From the NCBI GenBank assembly GCA_049516875.1, contig JBEKSS010000001.1:384001-448000 (forward strand): DNA of 64,000 nucleotides. Direction: 5' to 3'. The notes under the pieces are model-generated. The model saw nothing but the letters and a program-made list of their open reading frames with translations, made no database searches and had not been told where the DNA came from. Positions 19,975 to 30,110 of this stretch are shown here, piece after piece. Within the stretch, counting starts at the first letter, position 1; each line of letters opens with the position of its first letter. The stretch is from Candidatus Bathyarchaeia archaeon (lineage in GTDB: Archaea > Thermoproteota > Bathyarchaeia > Bathyarchaeales > Bathycorpusculaceae). The position numbers and the translations under genes were made by a program.

Positions 19975-20079
19975 GAACCCGTCTCCAAACCATAGTTGAT
20001 CTTGCACCGATAAATGGTTAAGTCTTGGCTAGTAGACCATGGAACATATAAATGTTTATTTTCTGCCTAACAATAGCGT

Positions 20080-20892
20080 TTGCAAGTCAAAGGAAAAAAT
20101 CAAATGAACAGCTTTGCCCGTAAAAAACTCATTCGAGAATACTATTCAAAAAGATCCAAGGATTATGATCGGCAGAAAAGCAGAACTTGGAAGTCGAGTC
20201 AAGGTTTTGGAAATGAAGTTTTTGACGAACTGCTAACGGCTTTGAAAGGGTTTAGAAACAGACTCCTGCTGGAAGTAGGCGTGGGAAGTGGCAGAAACGC
20301 GTTACCCCTGCTTGAAAAAGTCAAACCGCAGCTTATAGGACTGGACCTGTCAAAGGAAATGCTGAAACATGCAAAAACAAAAATGTCCTCCTTCAAAGAC
20401 TGTCTTGACTTGATCCTGGCTGACGGCGAACATTTGCCTTTTGTGAACCATGCTTTTGATGCGCTCATCTGCATGAGCACGATGCACTATTTCGCGTCTC
20501 CGGCGAGAGTCCTACAGAGATTCAGAAACGCGCTCAAAGAAAACGGAACGCTTGTGTACGGGGATTTGACAGTTCACGAAACGGATAATCAAGGATTCTT
20601 TGAAGGACTAGAGAGAACCCTGTCTAAAGCCCATACAAGATACTATAAACCATCACAGATAAAGACGCTCATTAAGAAACAAGGACTCCACATATCAAAG
20701 ATGAAAACGGTTGCCTACCGAAAAACCTACAGCGCTTTAATGGAAGACAAGGGACAGTACTTCAGAGTCACGCCCGAAACGCTTCACAAGTACATAGGAG
20801 GAGCCAACGCAGAGTCAAAGGAACAATATACATTAACCAGCACGGAGATGACCCTGTTTTACACGGTGATCACAACGAAAAAAGAAAACTGA
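20080..20892 (+). CDS. Class I SAM-dependent methyltransferase
   Basis: LLEVGVGSG, GLDLSKEML, ADGEHLPF. Confidence 0.9.
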   Translation: MQVKGKNQMNSFARKKLIREYYSKRSKDYDRQKSRTWKSSQGFGNEVFDELLTALKGFRNRLLLEVGVGSGRNALPLLEKVKPQLIGLDLSKEMLKHAKTKMSSFKDCLDLILADGEHLPFVNHAFDALICMSTMHYFASPARVLQRFRNALKENGTLVYGDLTVHETDNQGFFEGLERTLSKAHTRYYKPSQIKTLIKKQGLHISKMKTVAYRKTYSALMEDKGQYFRVTPETLHKYIGGANAESKEQYTLTSTEMTLFYTVITTKKEN

Positions 20893-20906
20893 AACCACGT
20901 GATCCT

Positions 20907-21974
20907 ATGAAAAAGTCAGCATGCATCAAAACTCCTAAGCAAGACGGTGAGAAAACCCTAACCCTAGCCAACAAGCTCGGAATGATCAACAAAGACTTAG
21001 AAATTCAACGAGACGAAAAATTCATCTACATCCCACTGACCAAGCGGCCATCAACGGAAGAAATGAAAATTCTCAAACAACAAGTGGCAGGCTGCAAAGT
21101 TTCAGTTCACTCTTTTCCAGAAAGAAAGAAACCGAGAATGTCACTTGCTCAGCTTCTTGAGGATAAGCTTCCACCACATCTGTTGGCCAGCTTGCCCCGC
21201 GCCATAGACTTCGTCGGCGACATAGCCATAGTTGAGGTTCCTCCGGAGCTTGACGCGTACAAACCTGCCATCGGCGAGGCAATTTTGAAAACGAACCGAA
21301 AAGTGGGCACGGTGCTTGCCAAGGCGGGAGCAGTGGGCGGGACCTACCGTTTAAGGGAGTTCACCGTAATAGCAGGCGAACCCAAAACCGAGACCATCCA
21401 CAAGGAATACGGATGCCAGTACTATGTGGACGTAGCCAAAGCCTTCTTTTCGCCGCGACTTTCATTCGAACATCGCAGAGTAGCATCGCTGATAGAGGAA
21501 GGCGAGACAGTTGTTGACTTATTCGCAGGAGTTGGACCTTTCTCGATACAAATCGCCAGAAATCATCAAAACGCAACAGTCTATGCTGTGGATGTGAACC
21601 CAGACGCAGTTGAATGTCTCAAGAAGAACATAAGGATCAACAGGGTCACGGGCAGGGTTCATCCCATCCTGGGAAATGCGAGACAAGTCGTCAAGAACAG
21701 GCTTTCTGGCGTTGCTGACCGTGCAATCATGAATCTGCCTGAAAAAGCCATCGAGTTTGTCGATGTAGCCTGCGAAACCATCAAGCCTTCAGGAGGTAAA
21801 GTGCACTTCTACGGCTTCGTCAACAAGCCTGATTCTTTAGAAAACCTCAAGGATCTCTTTGCGGACGCTGTTAAAAAGTCTGGAAGATATGTAGAGAAAA
21901 CATCGTTTTCGAGACTTGTCCGTGAGACAGCCCCGTACGAGTGGCAAGCAGTCTTAGACGTCAGAATCTGTTAG
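20907..21974 (+). CDS. trm5: tRNA (guanine-37-N1)-methyltransferase, Trm5/Met-10+ family
   Basis: VGDIAI, TIHKEYG, FFSPRL..E, DLFAGVGPF, IMNLP. Confidence 0.9.
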   Translation: MKKSACIKTPKQDGEKTLTLANKLGMINKDLEIQRDEKFIYIPLTKRPSTEEMKILKQQVAGCKVSVHSFPERKKPRMSLAQLLEDKLPPHLLASLPRAIDFVGDIAIVEVPPELDAYKPAIGEAILKTNRKVGTVLAKAGAVGGTYRLREFTVIAGEPKTETIHKEYGCQYYVDVAKAFFSPRLSFEHRRVASLIEEGETVVDLFAGVGPFSIQIARNHQNATVYAVDVNPDAVECLKKNIRINRVTGRVHPILGNARQVVKNRLSGVADRAIMNLPEKAIEFVDVACETIKPSGGKVHFYGFVNKPDSLENLKDLFADAVKKSGRYVEKTSFSRLVRETAPYEWQAVLDVRIC

Positions 21975-22063
21975 CCCTCCAGTTTAGGACGTTGGAATCG
22001 CACGATTTCAAATGGCCACTCACGTACATGTTGAATGGCTGAAAACTCGCCTGTGAGCACATG

Positions 22064-22498
22064 TCAGGCTTCTACTGTCAGTGTGATTTTTGCTTTCTGT
22101 GCTGGGTTCTTGAGTTTCTGGATGAGACTTCTTGACAAGTCGGCTGCTGCTTTGTCTGCCTTGACCGCCAACGTTCGGCTGCAAATGTAGCCACTTTTCC
22201 TCACAACCATCTCAGTCGGATGAACTAAGGTTAGATGTGCACTTCCAAAGGCATTCACCACTTCGGCTATTCCTCCCGCTTCGACAAGAATAGTCAGTCG
22301 AGCATTTTCTCTGCGCAGTTTTTCTTTGAACTCGGTGCTCAGATTGGGCATAGCTTTGTCTGCTGACACCGCGACGATGCAGTCGCCTCTTCTTGACAGA
22401 TCATCGTTTTTTGTGAATTCCAAGGTTGTCGGATGAATGGCTTGAATGTTCCTGTGCCCTTTGGCAAATATGACTTCTTTCAATTCGGCAGCGGGCAA
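22064..22498 (-). CDS. DUF371 family protein
   Basis: GHRNIQAIHPTTLEFTK, RGDCIVAV, RKSGY...RTL. Confidence 0.9.
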   Translation of the reverse strand: MPAAELKEVIFAKGHRNIQAIHPTTLEFTKNDDLSRRGDCIVAVSADKAMPNLSTEFKEKLRRENARLTILVEAGGIAEVVNAFGSAHLTLVHPTEMVVRKSGYICSRTLAVKADKAAADLSRSLIQKLKNPAQKAKITLTVEA

Positions 22499-22499
22499 A

Positions 22500-23495
22500 T
22501 TATTCTAGAACCTCTATTGAGTCGACTTTTCCGTCGCCGTTCAGGTCAAAGCCCTGAATGACCTTTGCGTAGGACTCCTCCCCGCTGTAGCCTTTCAGAG
22601 TTTTCTGCCAGTAGTCTGTCAGTGCTAGCACGCAGGCCTTCGTGCCCACCGCCTTGTTCCCGGCTAAAACTATAACTCGCTTGTTCCTGTCCCACGGGTT
22701 GACAACTTTTGCCACGACTCCGACCGCATCTTCCGTGTAAACGCGTCCAGTTTTTTTGGAGATTAAACCGCCAAGAAGGAAGCCTTCCTCTGAAGCTCGC
22801 ATGTTAAACCTGATAGGCAGACACTCGTTTACTTCTTCTGCAAGCAGGTTCGTTCCAGGCCCCCCTACGAGTATCAGGTTGTTTCTTTCCTCCTTCTCAG
22901 CCTTAACGTCTACATCGAGTTTTATCGCGAAGTCTTCAGGGGGCTTAACGAACTGCCCCAGAAAGAAGGCTAGATGAGAAGCGTAGTGGCCATCTCTCGC
23001 GCTTGTTTTGAACGGCCCGTGCGGTGTTGGACTGCCCACAACTATTTTCCCATCAAACGTCCCGTCTTTCCTTACGAACTCTCTAAAGAATTTCTGGATT
23101 TGTTCTTCCATGCCCAACAGTGAGAGTTTCTTAATCGTTCTGTACTCCCGTGGAAGCTCGATTCCAAACGCTGGCGCGGCTACCTTGTAATACTTGGCTA
23201 TTGCCCCCTTTTTCTCCTCTTCTCTTGCTACGATTATGGCTCCTGCCCTGAAGAGTTTTCTGATGTGATAGTAGACCTTCTGCTCATGGATGCCCAGTTT
23301 TCTGGCTATTTCCAGAGGGTACATCTCCTTTTCAGAAAGCATGATCAATATTTTCCAACTTAGCGCGTTCAAGATTAGCTTGAGCTTCTGCGGGTCATTG
23401 ACTAACGCTATGTCTTTGACCATCTGTGTCTGATTATCTTCGCGAAGCAGCAGGCTTTTGTCCAAGGTTGTTCCTAACCATAAACGCACATCCAT
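22500..23495 (-). CDS. ArsR-type HTH protein with S-layer-like C-terminal domain
   Basis: EIARKLGIHEQKVYYHIRKL; NLILVGGPGTN; located divergent from glmS. Confidence 0.8.
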   Translation of the reverse strand: MDVRLWLGTTLDKSLLLREDNQTQMVKDIALVNDPQKLKLILNALSWKILIMLSEKEMYPLEIARKLGIHEQKVYYHIRKLFRAGAIIVAREEEKKGAIAKYYKVAAPAFGIELPREYRTIKKLSLLGMEEQIQKFFREFVRKDGTFDGKIVVGSPTPHGPFKTSARDGHYASHLAFFLGQFVKPPEDFAIKLDVDVKAEKEERNNLILVGGPGTNLLAEEVNECLPIRFNMRASEEGFLLGGLISKKTGRVYTEDAVGVVAKVVNPWDRNKRVIVLAGNKAVGTKACVLALTDYWQKTLKGYSGEESYAKVIQGFDLNGDGKVDSIEVLE

Positions 23496-23727
23496 TATTA
23501 AAAATTTTGTTATGGTAAGCGCATAGGAAGCTCACTTGAGTTCCGAGCACGGCAAAAGACCATTATGGAATATTTTTTAACACTCCTCGAGAATTCATGA
23601 TAGTCACTGAATTAAGTTATGGAAAAACCTTGTAAACCATTTTTAGAGCTAAAAGATTTCTCCTAAAAATGCTTATTAGAGCAACAGTCATCGAATTGTG
23701 GTCATCAATAAGCATTGAGGTCTAGAG

Positions 23728-25557
23728 ATGTGCGGCATATTCGGTTGCGTCTTAAAAGAAGGAAACGCTGCGCCGCTGATACACGCAGCTTTGAAAAGAC
23801 TTGAGTACCGTGGCTACGACTCAGTTGGCATAGTCACCCTACATGACGGCAAACTCTACATGAAGAAAGACCAGGGAAAAATAGATGACGTCCACAGAAT
23901 TCACAATTTGGACAATTTGCCGGGCAGCTTGGGCATTGGGCATACAAGATGGGCAACACACGGCGCCCCTCTGCAAGTTAACGCCCATCCTCACGTTGAT
24001 TGCAGCGGACGGATAGCCGTTGTTCACAACGGCATCATAGAGAATTTTGCCGAATTGAAAACGGAGCTTGAGAATCGCGGGCACGTTTTTAAGTCCAAAA
24101 CCGACACAGAAGTGATATCCCACCTCATCGAGGAAAGCCTCAAGAACAACCCCAACCTGAGCCTCGAGAACGCCGTTCTAGAAGCGGTAAAAAGGCTTGA
24201 CGGGTCATATGCAATCGCCGTCGTCTCCACGAGCGAGCCCAGCAAGATAATCTGCGCCAGAAATGAAAGCCCACTCGTAATCGGAGTCAACCAGGGCGCG
24301 GTCTACTTTGGTTCCGACATTCCAGCGTTCCTGCCCTTGACAGACAAGGCAATTGTTGTTGACGACGGTGAACTTGTCATGCTTTCACTGGAAGGAGTGG
24401 AAATCAAGAAGATTGCTGACTCAAAAGTTGTTAAGCGCGAGCCGAAAATCATCGATTGGACCCCTGAAATGGCGGTCAAACAAGGCTATCCGCACTTCAT
24501 GATTAAAGAGATCCATGAACAGGCCGAATGCTTAAGAAACACGCTGAGGGTACAGGAGCACTACGCTGATCTGATGGCTACTTTTCTTGACCGTGCACGA
24601 GAAGTGTACCTGGTCGCATGCGGAACATCTTATCATACTTGCTATGCGGCCTCGTACATGTTCTCCAAACTTGCTTTCTTGCCAACCTATCCAGTCATAG
24701 CCTCTGAGTTCACAGAACAGCACGGCAAGTCCGTCAACATCGACAGCACCATCTTAGCCGTGAGTCAATCAGGCGAAACCGCGGACACCTTGGCTGCGGT
24801 GAACACCGCCAGGCAAAGGGCAGCAACGATTCTAGGATTGACTAACGCCATCGGTTCAACGTTAACGCGGGTTGCGCGAGTCTACATCGGCCAACAGTCA
24901 GGCCCAGAAATCGGAGTGGCTGCAACCAAAACATTCACGTCGCAACTTTCAGTCATGGCTCAGCTGGCCCTGAGACTTGCAAAGAAAAGAGGCAAGGTTT
25001 CACAGGACGAGATGGACTATTTGGCCGAAAGACTGTGCAAACTGCCGGACACGGTGCAAACGATAATTGACACACAGGAAGAAAAGGCGAAACGAATAGC
25101 GAAAAAATACAAGGACAAGAAAGATTTCTTCTTCCTCGGACGTGGAATCAGCACGGCAACGGCTTTTGAAGGCAGGCTTAAACTAATGGAAATAGCCTAC
25201 GCGCCTGCAATAGCCTTTCCAGCAGGAGAAAGCAAACACGGCCCGATAAGCCTCATAGAACCGGGTTTCCCAGTGGTGTTCGTGTGTCCAAACGATGATA
25301 CCCATAAAACGTTGATAGGCAACATAATGGAAATGAAAGCCCGAGGAGCCTCAATAATCGCCGTCGTAGAAGAGGGAGATGAAGAAGTCAAAAGCCTCGT
25401 TGATGATTACATGGAAGTGCCTAAGGGCATTCCAGAGGTGCTCTCCCCGATAGCGTTCATCGTCCCACTTCAGCTGATGGCATACTACATGGCTGTTGAA
25501 AGAGGCTACAACCCAGACATGCCTAGAAACCTAGCAAAATCAGTCACGGTGAAATAG
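23728..25557 (+). CDS. glmS: Glutamine--fructose-6-phosphate aminotransferase
   Basis: MCGIFG, LEYRGYDS, GHTRWATHG, SQSGETADT, PRNLAKSVTV. Confidence 0.98.
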   Translation: MCGIFGCVLKEGNAAPLIHAALKRLEYRGYDSVGIVTLHDGKLYMKKDQGKIDDVHRIHNLDNLPGSLGIGHTRWATHGAPLQVNAHPHVDCSGRIAVVHNGIIENFAELKTELENRGHVFKSKTDTEVISHLIEESLKNNPNLSLENAVLEAVKRLDGSYAIAVVSTSEPSKIICARNESPLVIGVNQGAVYFGSDIPAFLPLTDKAIVVDDGELVMLSLEGVEIKKIADSKVVKREPKIIDWTPEMAVKQGYPHFMIKEIHEQAECLRNTLRVQEHYADLMATFLDRAREVYLVACGTSYHTCYAASYMFSKLAFLPTYPVIASEFTEQHGKSVNIDSTILAVSQSGETADTLAAVNTARQRAATILGLTNAIGSTLTRVARVYIGQQSGPEIGVAATKTFTSQLSVMAQLALRLAKKRGKVSQDEMDYLAERLCKLPDTVQTIIDTQEEKAKRIAKKYKDKKDFFFLGRGISTATAFEGRLKLMEIAYAPAIAFPAGESKHGPISLIEPGFPVVFVCPNDDTHKTLIGNIMEMKARGASIIAVVEEGDEEVKSLVDDYMEVPKGIPEVLSPIAFIVPLQLMAYYMAVERGYNPDMPRNLAKSVTVK

Positions 25558-25614
25558 CCAACCCAACACTGATATAAGCTCGTCAGACCAGCTTCCTAGT
25601 CAAGGTGAGAAGGC

Positions 25615-25760
25615 TTGGAAGGATGACAAAAACTGCTGAGGTTCGATCCCCTGCCTCAGCTCCTCTCCTCGAAAAACGGTGCAATCGTGTTCTTTGCAAA
25701 CCGCGACCTGCTAAATGTCACGGAAGGTTCTTTAGAGTCATTGTGGAAACTGCCGCCACG
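25615..25760 (+). pseudogene. N-terminal remnant of a prenyltransferase/squalene-oxidase-repeat-like protein
   Basis: MEG*QKLLRFDPLPQLLSSKNGAIVFFANRDLL...ESLWKLP, with AGGTGA upstream; family recalled, not searched. Confidence 0.5.
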
Positions 25761-26136
25761 CCTGTACGATGCATCTTGAAATGTCGTCTTGAGCGATTGG
25801 TTTCTGACGCAAGTATGTCTCGGCGTTTTTCAATCTGGAAGCAATCTTCAATGGTTCACCGTACATTCCTATGCCCATCCTCGTTAATCTCAACGTGGCG
25901 GCTAACCCCTCATACTCTGGCTTCTCAAGAATCAACTCTTCAAGAAGATCAAGTCTGCGGATTATCTGGTCAAGTTTCTTGCTCAGCTCTTCTGCACTGG
26001 AAGCAAAGTTCTCTTTCCGGCTCAAATTCTTCCTGCTTCTCAAATGTGATTGATTTACATAGTTATTCCATTGTTTAAATGGTTGACTACACAAAAATGT
26101 CCCAAGCATAACAGACGTTCCCGGCGCAATCATCAA
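25738..26136 (-). pseudogene. Hypothetical (likely wHTH) protein with apparently truncated 3' end
   Basis: Coherent sequence up to [10 protein letters not shown], then runs into the convergent remnant. Confidence 0.55.
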
Positions 26137-26254
26137 TTCATGTCAACAACAGCTTTTGTCAATGAAAAAATCTGTTTTGAAGACTCAACGTAGCGTTGTT
26201 TCTTATTCTGCGTCTTATTTTCAAATGCAAATGTGTTAATAACTCAGTTCGTGA

Positions 26255-26982
26255 ATGTCTATTATGGTGCTTCAAGTGGAAGGAAGTGAGTGGGAGAAAC
26301 TCATTCAAAACCTGACGAGGGAAGGCATCCTGCGGTCTCCGAAGGTGATCGAAGCAATGCGCTCCGTTCCGAGGGGAAAATTCCTCCCAGAAAACATGCG
26401 TTCCTACAGCGCGACGGACACGCCGCTTCCGATTGGTTTCGGGCAGACGGCTTCGGCGCCACATAGCCTCGGCGCAGCTCCGAGACTAGGCGAAACATGG
26501 TTTCAATCATGAATGAAGCCCTGCAGTTGGAAGTAGGCCACAAAGTGTTCGAAGTCGGAGCGGGTTCAGGCTGGCACGCCGCCACGATAGCGGAGCTTGT
26601 TGCGCCTAGCGGCGCTCCAAGAAGCGAATACGGCCACGTCTACACAATGGAAATCGTTCAGGACTTGGCAGATTTTGCAAGAAAAAACATCATGAAAGCG
26701 GGGTACGGCGACCGCGTGACGATAATCAGCGGCGACGGCTCACTGGGTTACCCAGAAAAGGCCCCCTATGACAAGATATTAGTGACGGCTGCGGCCCCAG
26801 ATATTCCGAAACCGCTCATCGACCAGTTAAAATCGGGCGGCATCATGCTAATCCCAGTTGGGAACGCATCTCTGTTCCAAAACCTGATGAAAATCACTAA
26901 AACAGACGCAAAAATCAAGCAGGAAAACCTGGGGGGAGTGGCCTTCGTACCACTCGTAGGAAAACACGGCCACAGATTTTAG
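26255..26982 (+). CDS. pcm: Protein-L-isoaspartate O-methyltransferase; join 26255-26462 and 26495-26982
   Basis: VPRGKF...DTPLPIGFGQTASAPH / MVSIM...VFEVGAGSGWHAA...GDGSLGYPEKAPYDKILVTAA...FVPLVG; the halves are in different frames. Confidence 0.95.
26463..26494 (+). other. Candidate BHB-type pre-mRNA intron (32 nt)
   Basis: CGCC-ACA-TAGCCTCGG...CCGAGACTA-GGCG-AAA-C: 4-bp helix between two 3-nt bulges; cutting after the 2nd nt of each bulge gives CCA CAC ATG GTT. Confidence 0.85.
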
Positions 26983-27020
26983 CGAAACTCTGAGTTCTTT
27001 TCTTCCAAATGGACGTATGA

Positions 27021-28322
27021 TTATTGGATTCCTAGTTTATCCCTGTATGCTTCTAGGTCTAGCCAACCGTGTCCGCTGATGTTCACGCATATTGTTTTCT
27101 CCACGCCTGCCTTTTCAGCCTTGAGCGCTTCGTCAATTCCTGCCCTCACAGCGTAGCTAGACTCCGGTGCAGGCAACCACCCTTCAGTCTGAAGGAACAC
27201 CCTTGCAGCCTCAAAAATCGATTTCTCATCAACCGGATAGCTAACTGCCTTAACAATGTTGTGCTTTCTCAGCAGGCTAATAATTGGCCCGGCTGCGTGG
27301 TACCGCAAACCGTCAGCCCTGATGGGCATCATTTCAGACTTGTGACCTAGAGTGTACATCTTCAGGAGAGGAGTGTGTTCACCCACGTCGCCGAAGTCAT
27401 ACTTGTACTCTCCCTTCACAAGGTTCGGCGCAGCCGCCGACTGTGCTGCCAAGAACTCACATTTTCGCTTGCCCTTCAAGACCTCGCCTATGAAGGGAAG
27501 AGCGATTCCGCCGAAATTGGAACCTCCTCCCAAACAGCCGACCATCAAGTCAGGCTTCTCATCAACCATGTCAAACTGCTTAATCGTTTCAAGCCCAATC
27601 ACCGACTGTTGCGTCATAACATGGTTCAAAACTGAACCCAAACAGTAGACGCTGTTCTCATGCGCCTCCGTGTACTCCAACCCTTCAGAAATCGCGATAC
27701 CCAATGAGCCTGGACTCTTCGGATTCTTGGAGAGTATTTCTCTGCCCATCTGGGTCTCCTTGCTGGGTGAGGCAAAAACCTTCGCGCCAAAAAGCTTCAT
27801 CAAAGTTTTCCTGTCGGTCTTCCAGTCATAGACGGATCTAACCCAGAAAACCACGCACTCAAGGTCCAGAAGCTTGGCAGCGTAAGCGAGCGCCGTTCCC
27901 CACTGGCCAGCACCCGTTTCAGTGCTCAACGTCGTCTTGCCCTCTTTCATCGCGTAGTAAGCCTGCGCAATCGCCGTGTTAGTCTTGTGCGAACCCGTCG
28001 GAGATAAGTCCTCACGCTTGTAGAACAGCTTAACCTTCTTCAACCCTAGACTTTTCTCCAACCGTTTTGCACGGTAAAGCGGTCTCGGCCGGCCCATGTG
28101 AATGTACAGTTCACGAATGTCTTCAGGAATCGAAATCCAACTCTGACTTGACATCTCCTGCCCGAGACACTCTTTAATCATGGTCCTGCCCAGGTACTCC
28201 ATCCGCGAAGGACCCGTTTCAGGCTCCTTCGGAGGGGGAAGCGGCTCGGGCAAGTCGGGCATAATATTGTACCATTTAGTAGGAAACTCGTCTATCGGCA
28301 GAGCAATCTGATCAGGTTTCAT
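27021..28322 (-). CDS. trpB: Tryptophan synthase beta, TrpB2 type
   Basis: PTKWYNIMPDL, SPTGSHKTN, TETGAGQWG, GGGSN, APES, NISGHG. Confidence 0.95.
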   Translation of the reverse strand: MKPDQIALPIDEFPTKWYNIMPDLPEPLPPPKEPETGPSRMEYLGRTMIKECLGQEMSSQSWISIPEDIRELYIHMGRPRPLYRAKRLEKSLGLKKVKLFYKREDLSPTGSHKTNTAIAQAYYAMKEGKTTLSTETGAGQWGTALAYAAKLLDLECVVFWVRSVYDWKTDRKTLMKLFGAKVFASPSKETQMGREILSKNPKSPGSLGIAISEGLEYTEAHENSVYCLGSVLNHVMTQQSVIGLETIKQFDMVDEKPDLMVGCLGGGSNFGGIALPFIGEVLKGKRKCEFLAAQSAAAPNLVKGEYKYDFGDVGEHTPLLKMYTLGHKSEMMPIRADGLRYHAAGPIISLLRKHNIVKAVSYPVDEKSIFEAARVFLQTEGWLPAPESSYAVRAGIDEALKAEKAGVEKTICVNISGHGWLDLEAYRDKLGIQ

Positions 28323-28393
28323 AACCGTTCACCGTTTTGGGAAGCCTATAGTATAAAGAGTGGCGAATTAAAGATTTCTGCTGGCCGCTGAGA

Positions 28394-29434
28394 CTATCTG
28401 AACCATTTCTCCAGCGTCGTCTTCCCCTTTTCTTTTGTAATACCCTTTTGCATTTTTTCTAAAGCTTTTCGAACTCGGTCTTCCGAAAAATCTCTTCCTC
28501 TGCAAATGAAATCTACCACGCCCTCCACGTCGGGCTCTCGCCACTCCAGCCTGTAGCTGTCCGTCACCTTCGGACGCAGAAAAATCTCTCTGATTCTTTG
28601 AGGTTCAACCGGAAACTCTGCGTTTTCCACATGAACAACGGCTTTCTCCAAGGTTTCATATTCTTTAATCAATTTCAAGGCAGTTTTCGGCCCTAAACCC
28701 TTGATCCCGTCAGGGTTGAAGTCAGTTCCAATCAGTATGCCGACGTCAACCAGCTGCTCATAGGTTATCCCGCACTCGTTCAGAACCTGCTGCAGCTCAA
28801 CCACTTCAGGCACGACGTCAATATAGATGTTCTTGCTCGGCAACTTTCTTCTACCCGAAATGGTGATGTTCCTCACAAACCTGGGAGCACCGAACAGCAG
28901 GCTGTCATAGTCTTGGCTTGCGCAGTAGTCAGTGTCTCCACGCTTGGCCAGATGCGCAGCCTGAGCTTCTCCTTCACTTGGCGCCTGAATCCACGGGACC
29001 CCCATCAAACCCAGAAGCCGCTTGCTGTCTTCCGTCATGTAATCCTTCAAGTGCGACGTGGCCTGTGCGTACATCCTTGCCTCCTCAGGCTTCCCCGCCC
29101 TCAACGCCTGCTCATACCTAACAGCAGCCTCCTCCTTCACCCTCATCCGCCGCTTAATCTCCACCTCCTTAAGAGCTGGCGGCGCCCCGTCAAAAACGTA
29201 AACAGGTTTTATCCCCAGCTCCACCAAGTTGCTGGTCCGATAAAGCAATCCGCTCAAGTGGCTCGTCACCCTTCCGCTGCTGTCCTTCAACGGCGTGCCG
29301 TCAGGCTGGCGAATAATGGCCAAAAACTGGTAAAGAGCGTTGTAAGCGTCTATGGCGATGGATTTGCCGCCTAAATCCTCAAGCTTGACAACCGTTTTGG
29401 GAACGAGGTCACGAAGGTTTACTCCCAAAAACAT
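28394..29434 (-). CDS. fen: Flap endonuclease 1
   Basis: IDAYNALYQFL, QAPSEGEAQ, SQDYDSLLFG, GTDFN, C-terminal PIP-like TLEKWF. Confidence 0.97.
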   Translation of the reverse strand: MFLGVNLRDLVPKTVVKLEDLGGKSIAIDAYNALYQFLAIIRQPDGTPLKDSSGRVTSHLSGLLYRTSNLVELGIKPVYVFDGAPPALKEVEIKRRMRVKEEAAVRYEQALRAGKPEEARMYAQATSHLKDYMTEDSKRLLGLMGVPWIQAPSEGEAQAAHLAKRGDTDYCASQDYDSLLFGAPRFVRNITISGRRKLPSKNIYIDVVPEVVELQQVLNECGITYEQLVDVGILIGTDFNPDGIKGLGPKTALKLIKEYETLEKAVVHVENAEFPVEPQRIREIFLRPKVTDSYRLEWREPDVEGVVDFICRGRDFSEDRVRKALEKMQKGITKEKGKTTLEKWFR

Positions 29435-29542
29435 CCCTTTTCAATATTGGCGGAGAACTGAAATAATAAAGTTGCGAAAGCTGAATCACAGAGGATATAA
29501 GCTAGTCTTACAATTACAGAACCGTCACCGAGGACGTTCATC

Positions 29543-29731
29543 ATGACTGAAAGAGCAGCAACGTTAACGTTGGTCACGTGTACAAGCTGCGGCAAACCCA
29601 TCCCGCCGGGTGGGGAAGCAACCAAGTTCATGTGCCCAAACTGCGGAGAAATCCAGATAAAACGCTGCAGAAAATGCCGCAAATTCGGCCGCCCCTACAA
29701 GTGTCCGAAGTGCGGTTTCATCGGTCCATAA
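29543..29731 (+). CDS. Archaeal double zinc-ribbon protein (HVO_2753/DUF1610-like)
   Basis: CTSC...CPNCG...CRKCRK...CPKCGFIGP, upstream of EF-1beta. Confidence 0.9.
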   Translation: MTERAATLTLVTCTSCGKPIPPGGEATKFMCPNCGEIQIKRCRKCRKFGRPYKCPKCGFIGP

Positions 29732-29737
29732 AACGAA

Positions 29738-30031
29738 ATGGAGAACGTGTTGAAAATGGGTTCTGTGATAGTCACGTACAAGGTTTTTCCAATCGACATA
29801 ATAAACGATTTTGGTCCCATGAAAAAGAAGCTTGAAGCAAGCTTGCCCGCTTCCGCGTCCGTCGACGGGTACGGGGAAGAACCTGTGGCATATGGCCTGA
29901 AGGCCTTGCTGGTTCAAGTCAAGTTTCCAGAAGACCAGACAGGCCTGGTTGACGAATTCGAGAAGAAGCTGGAGACGATGGAAGGAGTAAGCCAAGCGCA
30001 AACGCTTATGGTGCGCAGAACAAGCAGATAG
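29738..30031 (+). CDS. ef1b: Elongation factor 1-beta
   Basis: YKVFP...EEPVAYGLKAL...EGVSQAQ. Confidence 0.9.
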   Translation: MENVLKMGSVIVTYKVFPIDIINDFGPMKKKLEASLPASASVDGYGEEPVAYGLKALLVQVKFPEDQTGLVDEFEKKLETMEGVSQAQTLMVRRTSR

Positions 30032-30110
30032 CTACTAACCTTTGGTTAACACATTTATATAGGAACACGCTTTTGTTTCGAAACGTAAAATCGTTATGGA
30101 AGGATTCTAG

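Noticed and set aside
25636-25660. GCTGAGG-TTCGATCCCCTG-CCTCAGC hairpin resembling a tRNA T-arm
   Set aside because: No D arm, anticodon arm or acceptor stem; it reads as coding sequence of the remnant (LLRFDPLPQL)
26497-26982. pcm as two independent genes or a sequencing frameshift
   Set aside because: The break is a 32-nt structured insert inside a conserved motif, and BHB-rule excision restores the frame exactly
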